Assembly: GCA_035759745.1 (NCBI GenBank)
Contig: DASTUF010000077.1
Coordinates: 4,154-68,153 of the forward strand
Length of the DNA stretch: 64,000 bases
Source: Gemmatimonadales bacterium
Lineage (GTDB): Bacteria > Gemmatimonadota > Gemmatimonadetes > Gemmatimonadales > GWC2-71-9
Direction of reading: 5' to 3'
Under the pieces are notes generated by a model that saw only the letters and a program-made list of their open reading frames with translations, did no database searches and was not told where the DNA came from. Both the position numbers and the translations under genes were made by a program. This document shows, piece by piece, positions 37,476-47,288 of this stretch; within the stretch, counting starts at the first letter, position 1, and every line of letters begins with the position of its first letter.

Positions 37476-38867
37476 TCAGACCTGGTCCCCGCTACCCCGT
37501 GGCGTGAGCGGCTCATTGAAGCCGGCCCGCCCCATCGCGGTGAACGTGAGGCGCTTGCCCAGCTCCACGCCGGGCTGGTCGAACGGGTCGACGTTGTACC
37601 ACACGCCGGCATAGCCGCACGCGACCTGAAGAAACATCAGCAACTCGCCGACGCTGCCTGCGCCAAGGTCCGGCATGGTCAGCATCTGGTTCATCCGGCC
37701 CATGCGCGCCAGGGCGGACGATGTGGCGTCGAGTTCGGCCAGCAGCAGCTCGCCCAGACTGTGGCCGCCGAGATACGAGAGGTCGTCCGGCATCCCGTCA
37801 AGCGCGGGAATCGTCACGTCCTCGCCCGGGTCCTCGACCCGCACGAAGGTGATCGCCTTGTCGTACGGGCCCTCCATGAACAGCTGCACCTGGCTGTGCT
37901 GGTCGGTGGCTCCCACCGCGCCAACCGGCGTGGGCCCCGCATTCACCAGGGCGCCCCGGCGGTCGCGCGCCTTGCCCAGGCTCTCGGCCCACAGCTGCCG
38001 GAACCATTCGGCCAGCTCGCGCAGGCGGTCGGAGTAAGGCATCAACACGTGGATGCGTCCACCATGCCAGGTGTCGGAAGCCCAGAGCAGCGCGGCGAAG
38101 AGCGCCGGCGCGTTGGCCATGAGGTCGTCCGGTTCCGCCCGTTCCACAGCGCGGGCCGCACCCGTGAGCAGCGCCTCGATGTCGATGCCGACCAGCGCTG
38201 CCGGGAGCAGCCCCACCGGCGACAGCACGCTGTATCGCCCGCCCACGCCGGATGGAACATCAAGCGCGGGGATCCCGTCGCGCTCGGCGATCTCCCTGAG
38301 CGCTCCGCGCTTCGGGTCGGTGGTGAAGACGAAGTGCCGCGCCGCTGCGGGGCCGAGCGCCTCCTCCAGCCAGTGCCGGACCACCAGGTACTGGGCCATG
38401 GTTTCGGCGGTGCCACCCGACTTGCTGATCACGTTGACCAGCACCCGGCGCGGGTCGATCCGGCGCAACGCGGCGGCGACCGACGTGGGATCCACATTCT
38501 CCAGCACGGTGAGTCGGGGGTAGAACTCGCGGCCCTCATCGCTCAACTCGTTCCACGCCGGCGGGCGAAGCGCATTCAGCAATGCCTTGGTGCCGAGGGC
38601 CGAGCCGCCGATGCCGAGCACGAGAACGTGGTCGTGGGCCTGCCCCATTCCTTCGGCGAAGGCGGAAATCTCGCGGACAGCGGCTTCCTGGTGGATCAGG
38701 TCGTAGAAGCCATAGTCGCCACCGGACCGGCGGGCGCGGACCTCACCCTGCACGGTCGGAAACCGGCGAGCCAGCTCGGCGAGCCGCTCTCGCGAGATCC
38801 CCCGCTCGCCATCCACGCCGCCGTCCAGTCCTTCCTGCAGCATGCGCCCATAATGGAGCCGGATCAC
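37476..38867 (-). CDS. pgi: Glucose-6-phosphate isomerase
   Basis: VLVLGIGGSALGTKALLNAL, ISKSGGTAET, GGRYSVLS. GTG 38867 forms a GTGA overlap with the upstream stop; the alternative is ATG 38843. The track ORF extends further into the upstream gene. Confidence 0.88.
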   Translation of the reverse strand: MIRLHYGRMLQEGLDGGVDGERGISRERLAELARRFPTVQGEVRARRSGGDYGFYDLIHQEAAVREISAFAEGMGQAHDHVLVLGIGGSALGTKALLNALRPPAWNELSDEGREFYPRLTVLENVDPTSVAAALRRIDPRRVLVNVISKSGGTAETMAQYLVVRHWLEEALGPAAARHFVFTTDPKRGALREIAERDGIPALDVPSGVGGRYSVLSPVGLLPAALVGIDIEALLTGAARAVERAEPDDLMANAPALFAALLWASDTWHGGRIHVLMPYSDRLRELAEWFRQLWAESLGKARDRRGALVNAGPTPVGAVGATDQHSQVQLFMEGPYDKAITFVRVEDPGEDVTIPALDGMPDDLSYLGGHSLGELLLAELDATSSALARMGRMNQMLTMPDLGAGSVGELLMFLQVACGYAGVWYNVDPFDQPGVELGKRLTFTAMGRAGFNEPLTPRGSGDQV

Positions 38868-39640
38868 GCGACCTCCACCACGAGACCATCGTATGCCGGC
38901 TCGATGCCGGGCGGCAGCGCCGCCGCCAGCTCGGCGTGGCCGGTCTCGTGCGTCAAATGAGTGAGCAGCGTCCGCGTGGCGCCAACCTCCTGGGCCACGG
39001 CGATCGCCTCGGGAATGCTGAGATGGGTCGGGTGAGGCCGCCACCAGAGCGCATTCAGCACCAGCACTTCCAGGCCGCGCAGATGTTCCCGCACGTCAGG
39101 CGCGACCAGCTTGGCATCCGTAATGTAGGCGAACGCCCCGATCCGGTAGCCGAACACCCGGAGGTAGCCGTGCTCCACCGCCAGCGGCAGTACCGGAATA
39201 CCGACCACCATGGTCTCGACGCCGGGTTCCAGCGGGCCGGGCGCCAGCATCGGCTTGGAGGTGCCCTCGAACGGCTGGACCGCGTCGTCGAAGATGTAGG
39301 CGTACGAAGTCCGGATGCGATGGAGGGTCTCCGCCGGTCCGTGAATGGGCAGCGGATGCCCACGGCGTGACGAGAAGACCCGGAGATCATCGATGCCGGC
39401 GATGTGGTCGGCATGCTCGTGGGTGTACAGGACAGCGTCCACGTCCCTCACCCGGGCGGCGAGCAGCTGCAGCCGCAATTCGGGCGGCGTGTCGAACAGC
39501 AGGGTGCGCCCTTCCACCTCCAGCAGCGCACCCGAGCGGGAGCGGTGGTCGCGCGGGTCGGTCGAGTGGCAAACCACGCAATCGCACCCGACCTGGGGAA
39601 TACCGAAGGACGTTCCCGTCCCGAGAAACCGAAGCCGCAC
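38864..39640 (-). CDS. MBL-fold metallo-hydrolase (PhnP/GPMBL-like)
   Basis: VRLRFLGTGTSFGIPQVGCDC...LYTHEHADHIAGIDDLR (HxHxDH motif). GTG 39640 lies 2 nt after the pyk stop. Confidence 0.8.
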   Translation of the reverse strand: MRLRFLGTGTSFGIPQVGCDCVVCHSTDPRDHRSRSGALLEVEGRTLLFDTPPELRLQLLAARVRDVDAVLYTHEHADHIAGIDDLRVFSSRRGHPLPIHGPAETLHRIRTSYAYIFDDAVQPFEGTSKPMLAPGPLEPGVETMVVGIPVLPLAVEHGYLRVFGYRIGAFAYITDAKLVAPDVREHLRGLEVLVLNALWWRPHPTHLSIPEAIAVAQEVGATRTLLTHLTHETGHAELAAALPPGIEPAYDGLVVEVA

Positions 39641-39642
39641 CG

Positions 39643-41112
39643 TCAGACCGTCTCGACCTTGAGCAGGTTGGTGGTGCCGGGGCGGTCCCACGGCACTCCG
39701 GCGGTGACGACCACGCGGTCACCGGTCTCGGCGAGGCCCGCCTCGAGCAGCCGCTTCCGCGCCTCGGGCAGCATGTCCTCGTAGGTGGGGAGGTGATCCA
39801 CCAGCGCCGGCACCACGCCCCAGATGAGCGCGAGCTGGCGGAAGGTTTCGGGCTCGGTGGTGAGCGCGAAGATGGGGACACCCGGGCGGTAGGACGCGAC
39901 GGTGCGCGCGGTGAAGCCGCTGGACGTGAAGCAGACGATCACCGGGGACCGCATGAGGTCGGCAGCAGCGCAGGTGGCCACCGCGATCGCGGTTTCTGTC
40001 CGGGCGCCGCCGTGGTCGCTCTCGCGCCGCCCCAGCCGGGGATCGCCCTCGCTTCCGCGACCGGCGGCGAGGTCGAGCGCGGTGCTGCGGGGCGGCCGGC
40101 GCTGCTCCAGCTCGGCGGCGATGCGGACCATGGCCTGCACCGCCTGCAGCGGGTAGTCGCCGATGGCGGTTTCGGCCGAGAGCATCACCGCATCGGTGCC
40201 GTCGAGGATGGCGTTGGCGACGTCGGAGACTTCCGCCCGCGTGGGGCGCGGTGCGTGAATCATCGACTCCAGCATCTGGGTCGCGGTGATCACCGGCTTG
40301 GCGGCCAGGTTGGCCTCGCGGATGAGCCGCTTCTGCGCCAGCGGCACTTCCTCGAAGGGGAGCTCGACCCCGAGGTCGCCCCGCGCGACCATGATGGCGT
40401 CGGAGACCGCCAGAATGCCGGACAGGTTCTCCAGGGCCGTGTCCTTTTCGATCTTGGCGATGAGCCGGACCGACTTCGGGAGCAGGGCGCGCAGGTTCAC
40501 CAGGTCATCCGGGCGCCGCACGAACGACATCGCCACGTAGTCCACGCCTGACTCCGCCAGGCGTGCGACTTCGTCGTGGTCGCGCTCGCTGATGGCGGGG
40601 GCGCTGACGTTCACGCCGGGCAGGTTGATTCCCTTGTTGCTGCGGAGCTCCCCGCCGAACACCACCAGGCCACTCACCCGGTCGCCCCGAATGTCGGTCA
40701 CTTCCACGGCCAGCAGGCCATCGTCGAGCAGGATGCGGGAGCCGGGACGCACATCCTGGGCGAGCGCGTCGTAGGTCGTTGGCAGTTCGCCGGCGACTGC
40801 GCTGGACATGGGGGCGAACACCACCCGCTGCCCCGGCTCCAGGAGAACCGGTGCGTCGAGCCGGCCCACCCGAATGCGGGGACCCTGGAGGTCCACCAGA
40901 ATGGCGCCCGCCTTCCCTCTCGCCTGGCGCTCGGTCAGCACCTCTCGAAGCTGGCGAATCCATCCAGTGCGGACTTCAGGCGTCCCGTGGGAGGCATTGA
41001 TGCGGACGACGTCCACGCCGGCGTCGAGCAGGGCAATCATCTGCTCCCGGCTGTCCCAACTGGGACCCAGGGTGGCCACGATCTTGGTCCGGCGATAGCG
41101 GGTACGGCTCAC
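39643..41112 (-). CDS. pyk: Pyruvate kinase
   Basis: 489 aa. RRTKIVATLGPS, VVRINASHG, NKGINLPG, MVARGDLGVE, ATQMLESM. Confidence 0.93.
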   Translation of the reverse strand: MSRTRYRRTKIVATLGPSWDSREQMIALLDAGVDVVRINASHGTPEVRTGWIRQLREVLTERQARGKAGAILVDLQGPRIRVGRLDAPVLLEPGQRVVFAPMSSAVAGELPTTYDALAQDVRPGSRILLDDGLLAVEVTDIRGDRVSGLVVFGGELRSNKGINLPGVNVSAPAISERDHDEVARLAESGVDYVAMSFVRRPDDLVNLRALLPKSVRLIAKIEKDTALENLSGILAVSDAIMVARGDLGVELPFEEVPLAQKRLIREANLAAKPVITATQMLESMIHAPRPTRAEVSDVANAILDGTDAVMLSAETAIGDYPLQAVQAMVRIAAELEQRRPPRSTALDLAAGRGSEGDPRLGRRESDHGGARTETAIAVATCAAADLMRSPVIVCFTSSGFTARTVASYRPGVPIFALTTEPETFRQLALIWGVVPALVDHLPTYEDMLPEARKRLLEAGLAETGDRVVVTAGVPWDRPGTTNLLKVETV

Positions 41113-41356
41113 AGCGCTCCTTGGCGACGGTTCGAGGGGTCGGTGCGCAGTTTAGCCACCCTGAGGACCGGCCGCATCCCCCGCGACAGCATTGTTGCGA
41201 GGTTGCCACATTAGCCCCAGACTGAAGCACCATCCCGGCGCATCGAAGTGTGGGCTTTCCAAGCTGTTGGCCTCTCCCGCCAGTTGCGGCAGCAGTGACA
41301 CACTCTGGCCCCGCTCTTGCGCCCTGAAAGGTGACCTTGATCACATTGCTTCGTTC

Positions 41357-43069
41357 GTGACCCTCGCCCCCGAGGCCTGCTTGCGGCACATCCTCACGGT
41401 AGGCGTGGAGGACTTCTTCCACGCTGACGCGTTCGGCCAGTTGATCCAGCCCCGGATCTGGAATCGATTCGAGCGGCGGCTGGAGCGGAGCACGCGTGCG
41501 GCCCTCGACCTGTGCGACGAGACTGGTGCCAAGGCGACGTTCTTCGTGCTGGGCTGGATCGCCGAGGTGGCGCCGGAGCTGGTGCGAGAGATCGCCGACC
41601 GAGGCCACGAGGTGGCCAGCCGCGGTTACGATCACCGGAGCACCACCCGGCTCACTCCCGGCGAGTTCCGCGACGACCTCCAGCGCGCACGAGAAGTCAT
41701 CGAACAGGCGTCCGGCCGCCCCGTCCTGGGCCATCGCGCCGCTCGTCTGTGGTACCGGAGGGCGGATCTGTGGGCGCTCGACGTGCTGGCGGCCGAAGGC
41801 TACCTGTACGACTCGAGTCTGGCGCCGCTTTTTCGCGAGTTCGCCGACCAGCCGTGGCGGGAAGTGGTGCACGCGCACCCGACACCGTCCGGCTGCATCG
41901 AGGAGCTTCCGGTGAGCACCGCGACGGTACTGGGGCAGCGGATCCCGGTGGCGGGTGGCAACTACTTCCGGCAACTGCCCGAGGCCTTCGTTCGGCACGA
42001 GATCGCGCGCTGGATGCGCGAACGTCGCGAACCGTTCGTCATGTACTTCCATGCCTGGGAGCTCGACCCGGACCAGCCGAAGGTGGCCGCACCGCTGCTC
42101 CAGCGCGTGCGCCACTACCGCAATCTCGACCGGATGCGCCGCATGCTGGCCGACGTGCTCCAGCAGGCGCCGTTCGGCAGCGCGGCTGAGCACCTGGGAC
42201 TGGAATGCGCGCCCACGAGCCAGCCGGCGCCGGCGGTGGCTGCCGCCACGCCCTCCCCCTGCCCCCTCCCGTCTGACGGCCGGACGCCGGTCACCATCGT
42301 GGTGCCCTGCTACCACGAGGAGCGCTCGATTTCGTTCCTCGCCAACAGCATGACTGAAGTGTCCCTGGCGCTCGATTCCTTCGATCTCCGCTGGATCTTC
42401 GTGGACGATGGCTCGACCGATGGCACCTGGGAGCAGCTGCAGCACCACTTCGGGAGACGCGACGACGTCTTCCTCATGCGTCATCCCCGGAACCACGGCA
42501 TCGCCGCGGCCATCCGCAGCGGAATCCTCCGGGCACGGACTGACATCGTCTGTTCCATCGACGCCGACTGCAGCTACGATCCGGTCGGGCTCGCCCGGAT
42601 GATCCCGCTGCTGGGCCCGGGTGTGGACATGGTCACCGCATCGCCCTACCACGCCGACGGCGCGGTCCGCAACGTCCCGGCGTGGCGGCTGGGGCTGTCG
42701 CGGGGTCTCTCGCGGATCTACCAGGTGCTGCTGGGCAGGGACCTCGCTACCTGGACCAGCTGCTTCCGGGTCTATCGCCGCGGGTCGGTGGTGGCGCTGC
42801 GGGTGGACCGGGGTGATTTCCTCGGCGTGGCAGAACTGGCCGGCAGGATGGTGCTGGCAGGCGGCCGGATCGTGGAGCACCCCGAGACGCTCAACGTCCG
42901 GGTCCTGGGCCGGTCCAAACTCAAGGTCATCCGCACCATCGTCGGGCATGTAGCGCTTGGCGGAGAACTGTTTGCCCAGCGGGCACGCACGGCGCTCTGG
43001 CGGCGCACGGGGCTGGCCCGCATCCGCCGCAGGGTGGAGGAGCCGCTGCATGCGGATGGCGGGCTCTAG
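41357..43069 (+). CDS. Fusion protein: DUF3473-type NodB polysaccharide deacetylase (N) + family-2 glycosyltransferase, ArnC/DPM1-like (C)
   Basis: N-terminal half: ILTVGVEDFFH...ATFFVLGWIAEVAPELVREIADRGHEVASRGYDH...GGNYFRQLP...FHAWELD. C-terminal half: VTIVVPCYHEE...FVDDGSTDGT...RNHGIAAAIRSG...IDADCSYDP...SKLKVIRTI. The start is uncertain (GTG 41357, TTG 41381 or TTG 41192). Confidence 0.8.
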   Translation: MTLAPEACLRHILTVGVEDFFHADAFGQLIQPRIWNRFERRLERSTRAALDLCDETGAKATFFVLGWIAEVAPELVREIADRGHEVASRGYDHRSTTRLTPGEFRDDLQRAREVIEQASGRPVLGHRAARLWYRRADLWALDVLAAEGYLYDSSLAPLFREFADQPWREVVHAHPTPSGCIEELPVSTATVLGQRIPVAGGNYFRQLPEAFVRHEIARWMRERREPFVMYFHAWELDPDQPKVAAPLLQRVRHYRNLDRMRRMLADVLQQAPFGSAAEHLGLECAPTSQPAPAVAAATPSPCPLPSDGRTPVTIVVPCYHEERSISFLANSMTEVSLALDSFDLRWIFVDDGSTDGTWEQLQHHFGRRDDVFLMRHPRNHGIAAAIRSGILRARTDIVCSIDADCSYDPVGLARMIPLLGPGVDMVTASPYHADGAVRNVPAWRLGLSRGLSRIYQVLLGRDLATWTSCFRVYRRGSVVALRVDRGDFLGVAELAGRMVLAGGRIVEHPETLNVRVLGRSKLKVIRTIVGHVALGGELFAQRARTALWRRTGLARIRRRVEEPLHADGGL

Positions 43070-44393
43070 CGTCGGCGTGGTGGGCGGAGGAGTGCTCGGG
43101 ATGACCGTGGCACTCCGGCTGGCCCAGCAGGGGCACCAGGTGACGTTGCTGGAGTCGGCACCGGCCACCGGTGGCCTCGCGTCCCCCGAAGCCATCGGTG
43201 ACGCCACCTGGGACCGGTTCTATCACGTCATGCTGCTCTCCGACAGCCACCTGGTTGGCCTGCTGGATGAGCTGGGCCTTCAGCACCGGGTGCATTGGCG
43301 CGAGACCCGGACCGGCTTCTACGGCGACGGCCGGCTTCACGAGATGTCATCCAGCCTCGACTTTGCCCGCTTCCCGCTCCTGACGCTGGCTGAGAAGGCG
43401 CGGCTCGCCGCGACCATCCTGCATGCGTCACGCGTCAGGAATCCGCTGCCCCTGGAGCAGGAGCCGGTCGAGCGGTGGTTGCGTCGCTGGTCGGGCGATC
43501 GCGTCTTCGAGCGCATGTGGCTGCCCCTGCTGCGGTCGAAGCTGGGCGAGAACTACCGCATCGCCAGCGCCGCCTTCCTGTGGGCCATCATCGCACGGCT
43601 CTATGCCGCCCGTCGTTCGGGGCTCAAACGCGAACTGTTCGGCCACGTGGACGGCGGCTATGCCACCGTCCTCGGCGCGCTCGCGGGCCGGCTGGAAACC
43701 GTCGGCGTCATCACCCGCACCAGTGCTCGGGTGGAGCGGGTCCGGCGCATCGGCCACCGCTCGGCGCTGGACCTGGCCAGCGGCGCGGCCCTCGAGTTCG
43801 ATCATGTAGTGCTGACGGTGCCCTGCCCCACCGTTTCCCGGATCTGCCCCGAGCTGAGCCCGGCCGAGCGAGAGCGCCTGAGCGCGGTCGTGTACCAGGG
43901 CATCATCTGCGGCTCGTTCCTGCTGTCACGGCCGCTGGGTGGTTACTACGTCACCAATATCGTGGACGAGGGATTCCCCTTCACCGGCGTAATCGAGATG
44001 ACGACGCTGGTGGACCCGGCGAGCTTCGGCGGCCGGACCCTGGTCTACCTGCCGCGCTACCTGGCCCAGAACGCCTCGGGGTGGGATCAGGATGACGAGT
44101 GGCACCGGGCGCAGTTCCTTGCCGGCTTGCAGCGGATGTATCCGGAGCTCCGAGAGGAGCACGTCCTGGCGGCCAGGGTTTCGCGCGCGCGCGATGTGCT
44201 GGCGGTGACGACACTCGACTACTCCCGCCGCTGCCTTCCGCCGCTGCGCACGTCACTGCCCGGCGTCTATGTGGTGAATTCCGCCCAGATCGCACACGGA
44301 ACGCTCAATGTGAACGAAACACTGGCGCTGGCGGAGCGGCAGGCCGCGGCGCTCGCGGCAGAGTGGTCCGGAGCAGCGCTGGAGGCAGCATGA
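43050..44393 (+). CDS. FAD/NAD(P)-binding oxidoreductase (amine-oxidase/protoporphyrinogen-oxidase-like fold)
   Basis: MRMAGSSVGVVGGGVLGMTVALRLAQQGHQVTLLESAPATGGLAS Rossmann dinucleotide motif. About 447 aa. Its start overlaps the upstream gene end by ~20 nt. Confidence 0.75.
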   Translation: MRMAGSSVGVVGGGVLGMTVALRLAQQGHQVTLLESAPATGGLASPEAIGDATWDRFYHVMLLSDSHLVGLLDELGLQHRVHWRETRTGFYGDGRLHEMSSSLDFARFPLLTLAEKARLAATILHASRVRNPLPLEQEPVERWLRRWSGDRVFERMWLPLLRSKLGENYRIASAAFLWAIIARLYAARRSGLKRELFGHVDGGYATVLGALAGRLETVGVITRTSARVERVRRIGHRSALDLASGAALEFDHVVLTVPCPTVSRICPELSPAERERLSAVVYQGIICGSFLLSRPLGGYYVTNIVDEGFPFTGVIEMTTLVDPASFGGRTLVYLPRYLAQNASGWDQDDEWHRAQFLAGLQRMYPELREEHVLAARVSRARDVLAVTTLDYSRRCLPPLRTSLPGVYVVNSAQIAHGTLNVNETLALAERQAAALAAEWSGAALEAA

Positions 44394-45367
44394 GCAGAGC
44401 CTTGCCCGTCGGGTCGGTCTCACTCGACACCGACAACCTCTGGTCCTACCTCAAGACTCACGGCGACGACGCCTGGCGCAGCTGGCCCTCATACCTGGAC
44501 CGCTTCGTGCCGCTGGCACTCGACGCACTGGACGAGGCCGGCCTCTCGATCACGTTCTTCATCGTGGGCCGTGACGCCGCACTGGCTCCCGACCGCGATG
44601 TCCTGCGCTCGGTGGTCGAAGCGGGCCATCACGTCGGCAATCACAGCTACGAGCACGAGCCGTGGCTGCACCGGTACTCCCGCGACGCGATCGCCGCCGA
44701 GATCGCCCGGGCCGAGAACGCCATCGCCGCCTGCACCGGCGAGCGACCCACCGGGTTTCGCGGTCCGGGGTTCAGCTGGAGCGCCGATGTGCTTGAGGTA
44801 CTGGCTGAGCGGGGATACCGCTATGACGCGTCCACCCTGCCGACGTTCGTGGGGCCGCTGGCCCGCGCCTACTACTTCCGCTCCACCACGCTGACTGCCG
44901 AGCAGCGCGCCGAGCGTGCTGCGCTCTTCGGCGGATTCCGTGAGGGGTTCCGGCCGACTCGCCCCTACCGCTGGCAGCTCACGAGCGGACGGACCCTGCT
45001 CGAAATCCCGGTGTCCACGATTCCAGTGGTCAAGGCACCTTTTCACCTCACGTACCTGCTCTACCTCAGCCGCGTATCCGAGCGACTGATGTGGAGCTAC
45101 CTGCGGAGCGCGATCGCAGCACACCAGATGCTGGGCATCGGACCCAGCTTCCTGCTCCACCCGCTCGACCTGTTGAGCGGCGAGCACGCGCCCGAGTTGC
45201 GGTTCTTTCCCGGCATGGATCTGCCGGCAGCCCGCAAGCGGGACCTGTTCGTCCGCATCCTGCTGCTGTTGCGGGAGCACTTCATGCTCGGCCCGATGGC
45301 CACACACGCCGACGCGCTGGAAACGCAGGCAAGTGCGCGACTCGGCTTGCGACTGGCGGTAGCCTGA
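44390..45367 (+). CDS. Polysaccharide deacetylase (NodB homology domain)
   Basis: ATGA overlap with the upstream stop. MSRALPVGSVSLDTDNLW...ITFFIVGRDAAL...GHHVGNHSYEHEPW...FRGPGFSWS. Confidence 0.8.
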   Translation: MSRALPVGSVSLDTDNLWSYLKTHGDDAWRSWPSYLDRFVPLALDALDEAGLSITFFIVGRDAALAPDRDVLRSVVEAGHHVGNHSYEHEPWLHRYSRDAIAAEIARAENAIAACTGERPTGFRGPGFSWSADVLEVLAERGYRYDASTLPTFVGPLARAYYFRSTTLTAEQRAERAALFGGFREGFRPTRPYRWQLTSGRTLLEIPVSTIPVVKAPFHLTYLLYLSRVSERLMWSYLRSAIAAHQMLGIGPSFLLHPLDLLSGEHAPELRFFPGMDLPAARKRDLFVRILLLLREHFMLGPMATHADALETQASARLGLRLAVA

Positions 45368-45467
45368 CCGGGAATCGAACGGTTCGACTGGAAGTTTGAC
45401 ACTCGCACGTAGCCGGGAGGATGGCGCACGGGTTGCACTGCTCGAGCGCCTGACCCCCTATTCAGGA

Positions 45468-47288
45468 ATGGACGGAATGCCGCTTTCCTTCGGACCCGAC
45501 GGTAGTGCCCAGTGGTCGCTTCGCAAGATTGCCGTCATCGGTCCCGGCATCGTCGGGACGCCAATGGCGGCGCTGCTGGCGCACGCACGCATCACCGAAG
45601 GAACCAGGACGCCCGCCCACGTGGTCGTGCTGCAGCGGGCCTCGATCACGTCCGGCTGGAAAGTCGAGGCCATCAACGCGGGACGGTCGCCCATTGGCGG
45701 GGTCGAGCCCGAGCTCGACGCCATCATTCGCGACACCGTCCAGGCGGGGCTGCTCTCGGCCACCCACGATTACGGCACGCTGCGGGATGCGGACGTGGTG
45801 CTGGTCTGCGTCCAGACCGACAAGAAGGGCTGGGGCCCCGACTACGGCCCGCTGCTCGACGCGCTCCATGCGACGGCACGTGAACTGGCCCAGCGCGAAC
45901 CCGGCCAGCTGCCCCTGGTGATCATCGAGTCCACCCTGGCGCCGTCGTCGATGGCCACCATCGTCCGTGACCTCTTCGCCGAACACGGCCTCGAGGACGG
46001 GGTGGACGTGCTCCTTGCCAACAGCCCCAACCGGGTCATGCCGGGGCGGCTGGTGGAGCGGGTGGCCGACTCGGACAAGCTGGTGGCGGGCACGGACCCC
46101 CGCACAACGGCCCTGGTGGCCCGCCTCTATCGCCATGTCGTACGGCGGGGCGCGCTGCACCAGGCGTCAAGTCTCACGGCCGAAATCGTGAAGACGCTGG
46201 AGAATGCGTATCGCGATGTCCGCATCGCGTTCGCAGCCGAGCTGGCGCGGTGGTGCGATGAACGCGACATCGACTTCTTCTCGTTGCGTGATGCCGTCAA
46301 TGCCCGGCTGGAGCAGGCCGACGCGGCGTCGTGGGATGGTGGTGCGGTTCCTAGCGGCGCACTCCTGGTGCCGATGATCGGCGTGGGTGGACATTGCCTG
46401 CCCAAGGACGGCGTGCTGCTCTGGTGGCGGCGGCGCGAAGCGGGACATGATCCCCGCTCCAGCCTCATCCTGCAGGCCCGGCGGATCAATGATGCCGCGC
46501 CCCAGGTGGCGATCGACATGATCGAGCGGCAGGCAGGCCCGGTGCGCGGCCGTCGCGTTGCCCTGCTCGGTGTGGCCTATCGCTTCGACTCGGAAGACAC
46601 CCGCAACTCCCCCACGCTGGCGCTGGCGCGCCGGCTCGAGGCCCGGGGCGCGGTGGTCACGCTGCACGACCCCCACGTCCACGAGCGCGACCAGAACCTG
46701 GTGCGGTCCGGGATGGCGGAGGCGTTCTCGCGGCAAATCGGGACGACGGTCTCGGAGGCCCAGCTCCTGGTGTTCTGCAGCGCGCATGCGGCCTACCGCG
46801 ATTCGCTGACTGACATCCTGGCCGAGGCCCCGTCGGCCGAGGCGGTGTTCGATGGCGCCAACGTGTTCCGGCGCAAGGATGTGGAATCGCTGGGTGTCTC
46901 GTACAGCGGCATTGGGCGGGGTAGCCGTGGGCCCGGGCCTGAACTGATTTCCTTTGCCCTGGATGCCTTCCGGGCCATGGAGCGCGGTCTGGCCAACGAA
47001 GTGCTTGTGACCGTGCGTTTCCTGAATGAGCGCTACGCCGCGAATGACTTCAATCGGGCCACGCTGGAAGAGGTGCGGCTGTTGGCGGGGACCTGCGTCA
47101 CCGGGTGCGCGATCGCGGAACCGGGACCGGTGTACCAGATCGCCGCGCACGATGGCTGGGTGCCGTCGCTGGTACGGATTGCCGTGCGAGCTGGCCGGCG
47201 GCGGCGCTTCAGCGACCGGATAGGTGGCGTACCTGAACTCCTGGGAAGGTGGCTACGGGAGGACTCGGCCGAAACCGCCGCCGGATGA
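45468..47288 (+). CDS. Nucleotide-sugar dehydrogenase (UDP-glucose/GDP-mannose dehydrogenase family, WecC/TviB-like) with ~140-aa C-terminal extension
   Basis: IAVIGPGIVGTPMAALLA, catalytic GVGGHCLPKD, C-terminal domain VALLGVAYRFDSEDTRNSP. The extra tail after ..GVSYSGIGRG has no recognisable domain. The last 80 nt overlap the convergent GT-C gene. Confidence 0.8.
   Translation: MDGMPLSFGPDGSAQWSLRKIAVIGPGIVGTPMAALLAHARITEGTRTPAHVVVLQRASITSGWKVEAINAGRSPIGGVEPELDAIIRDTVQAGLLSATHDYGTLRDADVVLVCVQTDKKGWGPDYGPLLDALHATARELAQREPGQLPLVIIESTLAPSSMATIVRDLFAEHGLEDGVDVLLANSPNRVMPGRLVERVADSDKLVAGTDPRTTALVARLYRHVVRRGALHQASSLTAEIVKTLENAYRDVRIAFAAELARWCDERDIDFFSLRDAVNARLEQADAASWDGGAVPSGALLVPMIGVGGHCLPKDGVLLWWRRREAGHDPRSSLILQARRINDAAPQVAIDMIERQAGPVRGRRVALLGVAYRFDSEDTRNSPTLALARRLEARGAVVTLHDPHVHERDQNLVRSGMAEAFSRQIGTTVSEAQLLVFCSAHAAYRDSLTDILAEAPSAEAVFDGANVFRRKDVESLGVSYSGIGRGSRGPGPELISFALDAFRAMERGLANEVLVTVRFLNERYAANDFNRATLEEVRLLAGTCVTGCAIAEPGPVYQIAAHDGWVPSLVRIAVRAGRRRRFSDRIGGVPELLGRWLREDSAETAAG

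Noticed and set aside
45368-45410. GGGAATCGAACGGTTCGA, resembling the reverse complement of a tRNA T-arm.
   Set aside because: The flanking bases cannot form a 5-bp T-stem, acceptor stem or anticodon arm on either strand. No tRNA is supported anywhere in the window.
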